Of a DNA stretch of 64,000 nucleotides, positions 1 to 9,213 are shown piece after piece. Source of the stretch: Gaiellaceae bacterium (GTDB lineage: Bacteria > Actinomycetota > Thermoleophilia > Gaiellales > Gaiellaceae). Position 1 is the stretch's first letter. Every line of letters starts with the position of its first letter. The notes under the pieces were generated by a model. It saw only the letters and a list, made by a program, of their open reading frames with translations. It did no database searches and was not told the origin of the DNA. The translations under genes and the position numbers were made by a program. The stretch covers positions 633 to 64,632 of the forward strand of contig DASTQA010000051.1 of the NCBI GenBank assembly GCA_035762005.1, written 5' to 3'.

Positions 1-1302
1 CTCGCCCGGGACGCCCTTGAGCTCGTGCGTGCCGCGGCTCGAGAACATGATCCCCGACCCGGCCACGAGGTCCTTGACCGTCCGCGAGGTCAGCACCTCG
101 CCCGGGCCCGCGGCCGCGGCGATCCGGGCGCAGACGTGGACGGCGACGCCGCCGATGTCCTCGCCTCGCGTCTCCACCTCGCCTGTGTGGACGCCGGCGC
201 GCACCTCGAGCTCGAGCGCGACGACAGCCTCGGCGACCGCCTGGGCGCAGCGAACCGCGCGGGCCGGCCCGTCGAAGACGGCGAGGAAGCCGTCCCCGGT
301 CGCCTTGACCTCGCGCCCCTGGTAGCGCTCCAGGTACCGGCGGACGATCTCGTCGTGGCGGTCGAGCGTCCGCCGCCAGGCTTCGTCGCCGAGCGCCGCC
401 GCAATGTCCGTCGATCCGACGATGTCGGTGAAGAGCACGGTCACGAGCACGCGGTCCGGGACGGCTGCCGCGGGGACGCCGGTGACGAACTCCTCGACGA
501 CGTCGAAGATCGGGTCCGGGTCGGCCCAGATGAGATGGTCGTCCCCGGGCAGCTCGACGTAGCGCGCGCCCGGAATCTGCTCAGCCATCCACCGGGCGCC
601 GCGCACGTCGGCGGCGCGGTCGCCGGTCCGGTGGACGATGAGCGTCGGGACCGCGATCGTCGGGAGCACGGCGCGCACGTCGACGTCGCTGTTCATGCTC
701 GTCAGCGCGGCGGCGGCCGCCGGGCTGGCGCTGGAGCGGAGGAACCGCGCCCACCAGTCGCGGAACTCGGCGTCGCCGGTCACGCTCGGAGCGAGGACCG
801 GGAGGTGGACGACGCCTCCCCAGCCGGCCCTGATCGCCTGGACGCGCTCGTCCCGCTCCTCGCTCGTCGGCGCCCACGGGTAGTCGGGGTGCCTCCGCCT
901 GACCGCGAAGCTCCCGTACATGACGAGCCCCTCCGTGCGCTGCGGGTAGGCGGCCGCGAACAGGGCGCACATCGGCCCGCCCTCCGAGTGGCCGAAGAGC
1001 ACCGCACGCTCCGAGCCGGCCGCGTCCATGACGGCGCGGACGTCGTCCATCCGCTGTTCGAGCGTCGGCAGCCGGTCGACCGGCACGCGGTCGGAGAGGC
1101 CCGTGCCACGCTTGTCGAAGTTGACGACACGGCAGAACGAGCCCAGGCGCTCGAGCGAGCGAGCGACGCGGGGCTGCTCCCAGAGGAGCTCCAGATGGGT
1201 GACCCAACCGTGCACGAACACGAGGTCGCGGGGACCCGAGCCGAAGACCTCGTAGGCGATCTGCGTCCCGTCGCTGTCGGCGTAGCGGACGTCTCGAGCC
1301 AT
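1..1302 (-). CDS. alpha/beta-hydrolase fused to class III adenylate/guanylate cyclase domain (3' end runs off the window)
   Basis: Hand translation of the minus strand from ATG at 1302: MARDVRYADSDGTQIAYEVFGSGPRDLVFVHGW...LFGHSEGG (nucleophile elbow), then VTVLFTDIVGSTD...KATGDGFLAVF...GVHTGEV cyclase motifs. The frame stays open to position 1, so it is absent from the ORF track. Confidence 0.8.
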   Translation of the reverse strand, partial: MARDVRYADSDGTQIAYEVFGSGPRDLVFVHGWVTHLELLWEQPRVARSLERLGSFCRVVNFDKRGTGLSDRVPVDRLPTLEQRMDDVRAVMDAAGSERAVLFGHSEGGPMCALFAAAYPQRTEGLVMYGSFAVRRRHPDYPWAPTSEERDERVQAIRAGWGGVVHLPVLAPSVTGDAEFRDWWARFLRSSASPAAAAALTSMNSDVDVRAVLPTIAVPTLIVHRTGDRAADVRGARWMAEQIPGARYVELPGDDHLIWADPDPIFDVVEEFVTGVPAAAVPDRVLVTVLFTDIVGSTDIAAALGDEAWRRTLDRHDEIVRRYLERYQGREVKATGDGFLAVFDGPARAVRCAQAVAEAVVALELEVRAGVHTGEVETRGEDIGGVAVHVCARIAAAAGPGEVLTSRTVKDLVAGSGIMFSSRGTHELKGVPGE

Positions 1303-1388
1303 GCCTCACCTGAGCGCGGGCAGGAGTCGGCGGACGGCTCTCCCCACGCGAGGCCTATCCTGCCCGGTTTCGCCTCCCGGGGAGCGCC

Positions 1389-1417
1389 TTGACGTCGTCC
1401 GGCGACTTCCCTATGGT
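1389..1417 (+). promoter_or_regulatory. sigma-70-type promoter candidate upstream of gltB
   Basis: TTGACG (1389-1394), 17-nt spacer, TATGGT (1412-1417), about 165 nt upstream of the gltB start. The leader contains a GCGCAG-ccgt-CTGCGC hairpin. Confidence 0.4.
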
Positions 1418-1581
1418 GCGACGCTCGATGAGCCGCGCGACGACGACATCGCTCCTCCTTCTCGTCTTTGCGCGCAGCCGTCTGCGCTAGTCGGCGTCTC
1501 TCCTCACCGCCTCCGCCGGCTAGCTGAATCCCAGAGGCGGGGCCCCCGGGCCGATCTTCGATCCAGAGAGGTGGCCGACAC

Positions 1582-4500
1582 GTGCCCACCGAAGCGACGC
1601 TCCTCCACGACCCAGCCGCCGAGCGCGACGCCTGCGGCATCGGCTTCGTCGCCGAGCCGTCCGGCAGCGCGGCCCGTGCGGTCGTGGACGCGCTGCTCGA
1701 GGGCCTCGCCGGCGTTCGGCACCGCGGAGCGACCGCGTCCGACGGGAAGACCGGCGACGGCGCGGGCCTCCTGCTTCCGCTCCGGCCGCCGCTCGTGCCT
1801 GCGGCGGGGCTCGGGCTGGCGATGGTCTTCCTCCGGGAGGAGGGCGCGAGGACGGCGATCGAGGAGGCGTGCCGCGCCGAGGGGATCGAGCCGGCCGGCT
1901 GGCGGCAGGTTCCGGTCGAGCCGTCCGCGCTCGGCGCGGAGGCGCTCGCGAGCGCCCCGCGCATCGAGCAGCTCGCGCTCGTGCCTCCGCGGGGCGTGAA
2001 GGAGCCCGACCTCGAGCAGCGGGCCTACCGCGCCCGGCGGCGGGCCGAGCGCGCCGGGGGAGCCTACGTCGTCTCCCTCTCCTTCCGCACCGTCACCTAC
2101 AAGGCGCTCTGCGCCGCCGACCACCTGGCCGACTTCTACGCCGACCTGCGCGATCCGGACCTGGCCGTCCCCTTCGGGATCTTCCACCAGCGCTTCTCGA
2201 CGAACACGACCCCGTCCTGGGAGCGGGCGCAGCCCTTCCGGCTCCTGTGCCACAACGGCGAGATCAACGCGATCCAGGGGAACCTCAACTGGATGCGGGC
2301 CCGCGCCGGGAGGCTCGGCTCGGTGGACGACGACCTTCTCCTGCCGGTGCTGGACGAGTCGGGCTCGGACTCCGCCATGCTCGACAACGCCCTCGAGCTC
2401 CTCGTTCGCGGCGGCCGCGACGTCCGCCACGCGGTCGCCATGCTCGTCCCCGAGGCGTGGGCGGGGAACGCCGAGCTCGACGAGGAGGTACGCGACTTCT
2501 ACCGCTACCACGCGACCCTCGTCGAGCCCTGGGACGGCCCGGCCGGGCTCGTCTTCACCGACGGGCGCGTGGTCGGCGCGGCGCTCGACCGCAACGGACT
2601 GCGTCCGCTCCGCTACTCGATCGCCGACGGGGGCCTCGTCGTCTGCGCATCCGAGGCCGGCGCGATCGACCTCGGGCCGGGGGGCCGCGTCCGCCGCGGG
2701 AGGCTCGGCCCGGGGCAGATGCTCGTCGTCGACCCCGCGCTCGGCATCCTCGAGAACGCCGTCGTCAAGCAGACGCTCGCGCGGCGGCGCCCGTACGGGC
2801 GCTGGCTCGCCGAGGGCATCCGCCGGGTCGGGCCGGGCACGCCGGTCGAGGCCCCGGCCGAGGACCTGACCGCCCGTCAGGTCGCCGCCGGGTACACGCG
2901 CGAGGAGCTCGCGGTCGTCCTGCGGCCTTACGCGGCGCACGGTCACGAGCCCATTTCCTCCATGGGCGACGACACCGCCCTCCCGCCGCTGGCCGGGCGA
3001 TCGCGCCCGCTCGCGAGCTACCTCAGGCAGCGCTTCGCCCAGGTCACGAATCCGCCGATCGACCACCTCCGGGAGCGGCGCGCGATGTCGCTTCGCACCC
3101 TCCTCGGCGCCCGCGCGCCGCTCCTCTCGGAGACTCCCGAGGCGGCGCACGTCATCGAGCTCGAGACCTTCTTCCTCTTCCCCTCGGCGCTTGCGGACCT
3201 CCCCCTCACGCCGCTCGACGCCACCTTCGGGGAGGGTGAGAGCCTCGAGTCGGCGTGCGCCCGCCTCGCGGAGGGAGCCGAGGCGTCGGTCGCGGCCGGC
3301 GCCGGACTCCTGCTGGTGACGGACGCCGGCGCAGAGGCCGGACGGGCGCTCATGCCCTCGCTCCTCGCGGTCGGCGCGGTCCACCAGCGGCTGGTCGCCG
3401 CCGGGCTCCGCACCCGGGCGTCCGTCGTGGTGGCGAGCGACGAGCCCCGCGAGACGCACCACTTCGCGTGCCTCCTCGGCTACGGCGCGGACGCGATCTG
3501 TCCCCGCCTCGCGCTCGAGACCCTCGCGGCCCTCGCCGCCGCGGACAAGGTCGGCGGCGACCGCCCCTCCCCCGAGGACGCACAGGCCCGCTTCCGGGAG
3601 GCGGTCGAGGACGGGGTGCTCAAGGTCATGGCGAAGATGGGGATCTCGGAGCTCGCGAGCTATCGCGGCGCGCAGCTCTTCGAGGCCATCGGCCTCGCTC
3701 GCGACGTGGTCGACCGGTGCCTCGCCGGGACGCCGGCGCCGCTCGGCGGCGTCGGCTTCGCCGAGCTCGAGCGGGAGGCCCGGGAGCGCCAGCACGCCGC
3801 CTTCGGCGCCTCGCCCCGGCTCGAGAACCCCGGCTACGTCAAGTACCGCAAGGGCGGAGAGCCGCACGCGACCACGCCCGAGGTCGTCGAGGCGCTGCAC
3901 GAGGTCGGCGCCGCGCACGCGCTCCGGAAGGCGGTCGACGGCGAGGGCTGGCGGCTCTACGAGCGCTTCGCGACGCTCGTCGACGGGCGGGCTGCGCTCG
4001 AGCCGCGCGACCTGCTCGAGCTCGTGCCCGCCGGGCCGAGCGTCCCGCTCGACGAGGTCGAGCCGGTCGAGTCGATCGTCCGCCGCTTCTCCGGCGGGGC
4101 GATGTCCCACGGGGCTCTCTCCGCCGAGGCCCACGAGCTCGTGGCGATCGCGCTCAACCGGCTCGGCGCCCGCGCCAACACGGGCGAGGGCGGCGAGGAT
4201 CCGGCCCGCTACCGGACGGAGCGCAACTCGGCCATCAAGCAGGTCGCCTCCGGGCGCTTCGGCGTCACGCCGGAGTACGCGGCCTTCGCGGAGGAGCTCC
4301 AGATCAAGATCGCCCAGGGCTCGAAGCCCGGCGAGGGCGGACAGCTGCCCGGGCACAAGGTGACGAACGAGATCGCCCGCCTGCGCCACACGCAGCCGGG
4401 AGTCGCCCTCATCTCCCCGCCGCCGCACCACGACATCTACTCGATCGAGGACCTCGCCCAGCTCGTCTTCGACCTGCGCCAGGTGAACCCGGCCGCAGCG

Positions 4501-5934
4501 GTCTCCGTCAAGCTCGTGGCCGAGGCCGGCGTGGGCATCGTCGCGGCCGGCTGCGTGAAGGCGCTCGCGGACGTCGTCCACGTCGCAGGCTGCGACGGGG
4601 GCACGGGCGCGAGCCCGCTCAGCTCGATCAAGAACGCCGGCTCGCCCTGGGAGCTCGGCCTCGCCGAGACCCAGCAGGCGCTCGTCGGGAACGGCCTGCG
4701 CGGCCGCGTGCGCCTGCGGGTGGACGGGGGGCTCAAGACCGGCCGTGACGTCCTCGTCGCGGCGCTCCTCGGCGCGGACGAGGTCAGCTTCGGGACTGCG
4801 CTCCTGCTCGCCGAGGGGTGCCTGATGGTGCGGACATGCCACATGGACACCTGTCCCGTCGGCATCGCGACGCAGCAGGCGGAGCTCCGGGCGAAGTTCG
4901 CGGCGACGCCCGAGATGATCGAGGCCTACCTCCGCTTCGTCGCCGAGGACGTCCGCCGCCACCTTGCGTCTCTCGGCCTGCGCTCCCTCGAGGCGGCGAT
5001 CGGGCGCGTCGAGTGCCTGCGCCAGCGCCGGACGGGCGATCCTCGCACCGACCTTCTCGACCTCGCGCCGCTGCTCGGGCGCGCCGGCGACGGCCCGGCC
5101 TCCTTCGCCGGCGAGCGGATGCCCCGGGCGGCCGGCTCGGAGCTCGGGGCGCGGCTCGCCGAGGACGCCCTCCCCATCCTCGAGGAGGCGCGCCTCGTCG
5201 AGCTCCGCTACCGGGTCGGCAACGGCGACCGGGCCGTCGGCGCGCGCCTGGGCGGGCTCGTCGCGCGCGAGCACGGGTCCGCGGCCCCGCCCGGCAGGGT
5301 CCGGGTCGAGCTCGAGGGCGTCGCGGGCCAGAGCTTCGGCGCCTTCCTCGCCGCCGGCGCGACGCTCGCCCTCGTCGGCGAGGCCAACGACTACGTCGGC
5401 AAGGGCATGAGCGGCGGGCGCATCGTCATCCGGCCCCCCGAGAACGACGCGGGCGACCCGTGCCTCCTCGGCAACACCGCGCTCTACGGAGCCACGGGCG
5501 GCGAGCTCTACTGCGCCGGGCGCGCCGGCGAGCGCTTCGGCGTCCGGAACTCCGGGGCGATGGCCGTCGTCGAGGGCACCGGCGACCACCCGTGCGAGTA
5601 CATGACGAGCGGGACGATCGTGATCCTCGGCGAGCACGGCGGGAACCTCGGCGCCGGCATGACGGGCGGCGAGGTCTTCGTCTACGACCCCGACGAGCGC
5701 CTTCGGCCGCGGCTCAACGACCAGCTCGTCGCCGCCGTCCGGCCCGGCCCGGACGACCTCGTGACCCTGCGCCGGCTCCTCGAGCGGCACCTCCGCCACA
5801 CAGGGTCCGCAAGGGCCGCGGCGCTCCTCGACGGCTGGGACGCTGCGGCCGCGCGCTTCGTGCGCGTCGCTGCGAAGGACGCCGTCGCGAGCCTCCAGAG
5901 CGCCTACGAGGGCACCGTCTCCGGCGCGCCCTGA
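1582..5934 (+). CDS. gltB: glutamate synthase large subunit
   Basis: 1450-aa ORF. It has the N-terminal Ntn amidotransferase Cys (ERDACGIGFV), the FMN/Fe-S central domain and a C-terminal GXGXG beta-helix region (GNTALYGATGGELYCAGRAGERF). Confidence 0.95.
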   Translation: MPTEATLLHDPAAERDACGIGFVAEPSGSAARAVVDALLEGLAGVRHRGATASDGKTGDGAGLLLPLRPPLVPAAGLGLAMVFLREEGARTAIEEACRAEGIEPAGWRQVPVEPSALGAEALASAPRIEQLALVPPRGVKEPDLEQRAYRARRRAERAGGAYVVSLSFRTVTYKALCAADHLADFYADLRDPDLAVPFGIFHQRFSTNTTPSWERAQPFRLLCHNGEINAIQGNLNWMRARAGRLGSVDDDLLLPVLDESGSDSAMLDNALELLVRGGRDVRHAVAMLVPEAWAGNAELDEEVRDFYRYHATLVEPWDGPAGLVFTDGRVVGAALDRNGLRPLRYSIADGGLVVCASEAGAIDLGPGGRVRRGRLGPGQMLVVDPALGILENAVVKQTLARRRPYGRWLAEGIRRVGPGTPVEAPAEDLTARQVAAGYTREELAVVLRPYAAHGHEPISSMGDDTALPPLAGRSRPLASYLRQRFAQVTNPPIDHLRERRAMSLRTLLGARAPLLSETPEAAHVIELETFFLFPSALADLPLTPLDATFGEGESLESACARLAEGAEASVAAGAGLLLVTDAGAEAGRALMPSLLAVGAVHQRLVAAGLRTRASVVVASDEPRETHHFACLLGYGADAICPRLALETLAALAAADKVGGDRPSPEDAQARFREAVEDGVLKVMAKMGISELASYRGAQLFEAIGLARDVVDRCLAGTPAPLGGVGFAELEREARERQHAAFGASPRLENPGYVKYRKGGEPHATTPEVVEALHEVGAAHALRKAVDGEGWRLYERFATLVDGRAALEPRDLLELVPAGPSVPLDEVEPVESIVRRFSGGAMSHGALSAEAHELVAIALNRLGARANTGEGGEDPARYRTERNSAIKQVASGRFGVTPEYAAFAEELQIKIAQGSKPGEGGQLPGHKVTNEIARLRHTQPGVALISPPPHHDIYSIEDLAQLVFDLRQVNPAAAVSVKLVAEAGVGIVAAGCVKALADVVHVAGCDGGTGASPLSSIKNAGSPWELGLAETQQALVGNGLRGRVRLRVDGGLKTGRDVLVAALLGADEVSFGTALLLAEGCLMVRTCHMDTCPVGIATQQAELRAKFAATPEMIEAYLRFVAEDVRRHLASLGLRSLEAAIGRVECLRQRRTGDPRTDLLDLAPLLGRAGDGPASFAGERMPRAAGSELGARLAEDALPILEEARLVELRYRVGNGDRAVGARLGGLVAREHGSAAPPGRVRVELEGVAGQSFGAFLAAGATLALVGEANDYVGKGMSGGRIVIRPPENDAGDPCLLGNTALYGATGGELYCAGRAGERFGVRNSGAMAVVEGTGDHPCEYMTSGTIVILGEHGGNLGAGMTGGEVFVYDPDERLRPRLNDQLVAAVRPGPDDLVTLRRLLERHLRHTGSARAAALLDGWDAAAARFVRVAAKDAVASLQSAYEGTVSGAP

Positions 5935-5967
5935 GCCGGAGCGGGACGGGACGTGCGCCCGGCCGCT

Positions 5968-6750
5968 TCAGGCATCCCGCCGGACGCGGGCCGGTCCCCA
6001 GATGAGGACGTCCTGGCGGGCGGCGAAGTGGAGGAGCGGCGGCGTCCCGGGCAGCTCGACGCCCGCGGGTGCCATCGTGTTCACGGCGATCTCGGCCTCG
6101 GCCGGCTGAAGCGGCCAGGGGGGATGGTGGATCTCGCCGCGGAGCAGCCGGCCCTCGGCGAGCGTGTAGAGGCAGTAGCGCTCGACGAGGAAGTGCTCGA
6201 GCGACCCGTGCTCGGCCTGGACAGGCGCCCCCGTGGCCCCGTAGCGAGCAACGAAGCGGGCCTGCCCGCCCCGGTCGTCGACCCGCGTGCTCTCGTAGGC
6301 GACGGCGCCGTCGGCGCGCACGGTCGACATCTCGGCCCGGTAGTAGGGCAGGTGGTAGTACCACCGCGCCGCGGCGACGGCGAGCGAGCTGGCGGCGTCG
6401 AGCGAGAAGAAGTGGATGCCGGGCTTTCCGCCGGCGGTCACGTACGTTCTCACGTTGAGCTCCGGGAACGTCGAGACGACGGGAAGGGGCGGCAGGGGCG
6501 CCGGCCGGTGCCCGGTGACGACGAAGGGGGTGAGCCCGATCCAGGCGCGCCCGGCGAACGTGTCGAGCGCGAGAGGCCTCGGCACGAGCGGCGCGAGGAC
6601 GGCGGGGTCGAGCGGCCAGTGGGCGAAGAGCAGGGAGCGCCACGTCTGCCCGAGCAGCCAGGGCCGCCGCGGGAGCGGCCAGGGACGATGTGAGCGGTGC
6701 CGAAGCGTCGCCGTCTGGCGAAACGGTTCCGCGATCGCGTCGGGCGGCAT
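5968..6750 (-). CDS. DUF2071 (YqjF-like) family protein
   Basis: C-terminal 260 aa of track ORF 5968..8061, starting MPPDAIAEPF (cat at 6748-6750). Protein-like composition, unlike the Arg/Gly-rich upstream part of that ORF. The family call is from sequence recall (WPLD...ELNVRTYV...FFSLDA). Confidence 0.65.
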   Translation of the reverse strand: MPPDAIAEPFRQTATLRHRSHRPWPLPRRPWLLGQTWRSLLFAHWPLDPAVLAPLVPRPLALDTFAGRAWIGLTPFVVTGHRPAPLPPLPVVSTFPELNVRTYVTAGGKPGIHFFSLDAASSLAVAAARWYYHLPYYRAEMSTVRADGAVAYESTRVDDRGGQARFVARYGATGAPVQAEHGSLEHFLVERYCLYTLAEGRLLRGEIHHPPWPLQPAEAEIAVNTMAPAGVELPGTPPLLHFAARQDVLIWGPARVRRDA

Positions 6751-6788
6751 CGGCCGGACTGTACGCGCGGCGGCGCCCCGCGCCGCCT

Positions 6789-8723
6789 TCAGCGCCAGTC
6801 GACGGCGACGAGCTCGACCGGCTCGTCGAACCCCTTGAGCGCCTCTGCGCGGGGCGTCGAGAGGGGGAGGCGCGTGCCGCCTTCGAGGCTCTCGCGGCTC
6901 GCGAGGATCTCGCCGCCTCCTGCGAGCGCGCCGATCCGGGCCGCCATGTGGACGCCCTCGCCGGCGTAGTCGTGGTCGTCCTTGTGAAAGGCGCCGCCGG
7001 TGTGGACGCCGATGCGCACGTCGGGCGCGAGCGGCTCGTGCTCGTCGAGCGCCCGCTGGATCGCGGCGGCGGCCTCGACCGCCGCCGTCGGCGTGAGGAA
7101 GGCGGCGAAGTAGCCGTCCCCCGTCTGCTTGATGACCTCGCCGCCCGCCTGCTCGATGAGCTCGCGGAGCCTGCGGTCGTGCCAGGTGAGGAGCTTGCGC
7201 CACTTCTGCTCGCCGAGGACCTCGACGAGCTTCGTCGAGTCGACGATGTCGGTGAACATGAAGGTCCGCCGCGTCGAGGACTCGCCGAGGAGCTCGGCGG
7301 CGCGCTGCAGGTCGAGGACCGCGCCCAGGCGCTCGAACGTCGCGCGGGCCGCGAGGATCTCCTCCTTCGCTCCGTCCTCGTCGCCCTCGCCGCGGTAGGC
7401 GAGGCCGAGGAGCATCCGGGCCCGCGCCGTCTCGTACGGAGCACCCACCCGGTCCCACGTCTCGCGGGCGGCGCGTAGCGCGACCGCGGCGCCCTCCCAG
7501 TCGTGCTCGGCGAGGGCGATCTGGCCCTGGGCGATGCGGAGGACTCCCTCGAGGGAGGGCGTCCGGCGCTCGCCCAGGCGATAGCGGTCGGCGATCCGCT
7601 CGAGCTCCTCGGCCGCCTCGCGGGCGCGGCGGATCTCCCCGGCCGCGAGGGCGATCTCGACCTCGGCCGGCAGGCGGCGCGCGCGGCCCAGCGGGTCGAG
7701 CGACTCGCCGGCGAGCGCCCGCTTCAGGGCAGTGGAGGCGGATTCCACCTTCCCCTGGGCCAGCCGCAAGAGGGCGAGGCCGGGCTGCGGGTCGCGCCCG
7801 AGCTCGTTCGCCTTCCGGTACGCCTCCTCGGCGGCGGCGAAGTCGCCGCGCCGGCGCCGGATCTCGCCGATCTCGTAGAACCCGGCCGCGGTCACCCAGC
7901 GGTTGTAGTCGTGGAGCTCCTCGCAGGCCTGCACCGCCTGCTCCTCGGCCTCCGGCCACTCGCCTCGCAGCCGGAGAAGCTCGGCGCGGTGGATGCGGCA
8001 GGCACCCGGGAATCCGGTGATGTCGAGGCGGTCGCACCAGCGGTTCGCCGCCTCCGTCCACTCCACCGCCCGGCCGCAGTCGCCGAGCGCCTGGCAGGAG
8101 TCGATCGTGACGCAGTAGACGATGCCGGTGGCGAGCGGCTGCAGCTCGCCGCTCACGGCGGCGGCCGTCGCCTCGTCGAGCATGGCGAGCCCCTGCTCGA
8201 CCTCCCCCGTCGCCACGAGCACGGTGCCCTCGAACACGAGCGCCAACGCCACGAGGCTGCGGTCGCCGAAGCGCTTCCCGAGCTCGCGCGCGCGGGCCAG
8301 CTCCCTCCTCGCGGTCTCGAAGTCACCCGTGCTGTACCCGGTGAAGCCGCGGGCGAGCGCCAGGTGGCCGTGCTCGACGCTCTCGGCTTCGTCCGCGAGG
8401 AGCCGCTCGGCGCGCGCGACCCAGCCGGCCGAGACCGACATCGACCCCCTGACGAGGTGGTCCATCCCGAGCGTGACGGCCACGAGCGCGGCGCGCAGCG
8501 GCTCTCCCGTCTCCGCGTACGCCGCGTACGCCCGCTCGCGAAGCGCGAGCGCCTTCTCCAGGCGGCCGGTCCACCAGGCGGCCTCGGCGAGGGTCTGGAG
8601 GTCCTCGGCGCCGAGCCGGCCGTCCCCGTCGGCGCTGCCAAGCAGCTCGTAGGCCTCGCGCCAGGCGTGCCGCTGCGCGGCTTCGCGGCCGGCTGCGAGC
8701 GAGTCGTCGGCGACCTGGGTCAC
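6789..8723 (-). CDS. helical/TPR-like repeat protein with C-terminal class III adenylate/guanylate cyclase domain
   Basis: Real part of ORF 6789..9164. About 470 aa of helical repeats, then RTFMFTDIVDSTKL...KQTGDGYFAAF...GVHTGGAF. No ATG in the credible N-terminal region. GTG at 8723 (VTQVADDSL) was chosen and is in frame (1935 nt). Confidence 0.75.
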   Translation of the reverse strand: MTQVADDSLAAGREAAQRHAWREAYELLGSADGDGRLGAEDLQTLAEAAWWTGRLEKALALRERAYAAYAETGEPLRAALVAVTLGMDHLVRGSMSVSAGWVARAERLLADEAESVEHGHLALARGFTGYSTGDFETARRELARARELGKRFGDRSLVALALVFEGTVLVATGEVEQGLAMLDEATAAAVSGELQPLATGIVYCVTIDSCQALGDCGRAVEWTEAANRWCDRLDITGFPGACRIHRAELLRLRGEWPEAEEQAVQACEELHDYNRWVTAAGFYEIGEIRRRRGDFAAAEEAYRKANELGRDPQPGLALLRLAQGKVESASTALKRALAGESLDPLGRARRLPAEVEIALAAGEIRRAREAAEELERIADRYRLGERRTPSLEGVLRIAQGQIALAEHDWEGAAVALRAARETWDRVGAPYETARARMLLGLAYRGEGDEDGAKEEILAARATFERLGAVLDLQRAAELLGESSTRRTFMFTDIVDSTKLVEVLGEQKWRKLLTWHDRRLRELIEQAGGEVIKQTGDGYFAAFLTPTAAVEAAAAIQRALDEHEPLAPDVRIGVHTGGAFHKDDHDYAGEGVHMAARIGALAGGGEILASRESLEGGTRLPLSTPRAEALKGFDEPVELVAVDWR

Positions 8724-8781
8724 GGGTAGCCAATTGTACGCCTGCGCTGTGGAGGCGAAAGCCTCGCCCGTTCCCGCACCC

Positions 8782-9030
8782 CTAGTCCCGGACAAGCGTG
8801 AACGTGTCGACGATTCGCTCGCAGCCCGACTCGGCATCGCGCGCGTCGCTCGTGTCCGCGCCGCACTCGACGTAGTGGAGCGTCCGCCCGTTGTACCCGT
8901 ACACCCAGCGGGTCCGCTGTCGGTCGCCCGCGAAGACGAGCCGCCACTCGTACCCGGGGAGCCCGCCGAGCGAGGCGGGCAGCGGCCCGCGGACGACGTC
9001 GCCGCCGATCTGCGCCCCGAACGCGCGCAC
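8782..9030 (-). CDS. hypothetical protein, possibly the 3' remnant of a frameshifted gene
   Basis: 82-aa GTG-start ORF with non-shadow composition (YEWRLVFAGDRQRTRWVYGYNGRTLHYVECG). Protein-like segments continue upstream in the other two frames (8720..9145 and 6789..9164). Confidence 0.3.
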   Translation of the reverse strand: MRAFGAQIGGDVVRGPLPASLGGLPGYEWRLVFAGDRQRTRWVYGYNGRTLHYVECGADTSDARDAESGCERIVDTFTLVRD

Positions 9031-9213
9031 GTTCCGTCGATCTCCAGCCGGAGCCTCTCGACGTCGGCGCGCGCGTCAGCGACCGGCCGAATCCGATCGA
9101 CGTGACGGAGACGAAGTCCCGGGTCCCCGGGTAGCCGACCGACACGAGCGACCGCGACGACCACCGCCGGGTCCTCGCCGTCCTTGCCTACCTCCGCGGC
9201 TGAGAGCCTGCGC

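Noticed and set aside
1504-5799. Very long antisense or off-frame ORFs in the track. Examples: 1504..5799(-), 25..1392(+), 12826..14298(-), 14832..17111(-), 28626..32276(+), 33358..35850(-), 35943..38294(-), and the N-terminal 800 aa of 42030..44837(-).
   Set aside because: Their translations are dominated by Arg/Ala/Gly/Pro/Asp with no recognisable motifs. They lie opposite to, or out of frame with, ORFs that have clear family signatures. This is typical stop-codon-poor shadow ORF behaviour in high-GC DNA.
1582-5934. gltB without an adjacent gltD small-subunit gene.
   Set aside because: The small subunit can be encoded elsewhere, and absence from one window is not informative.
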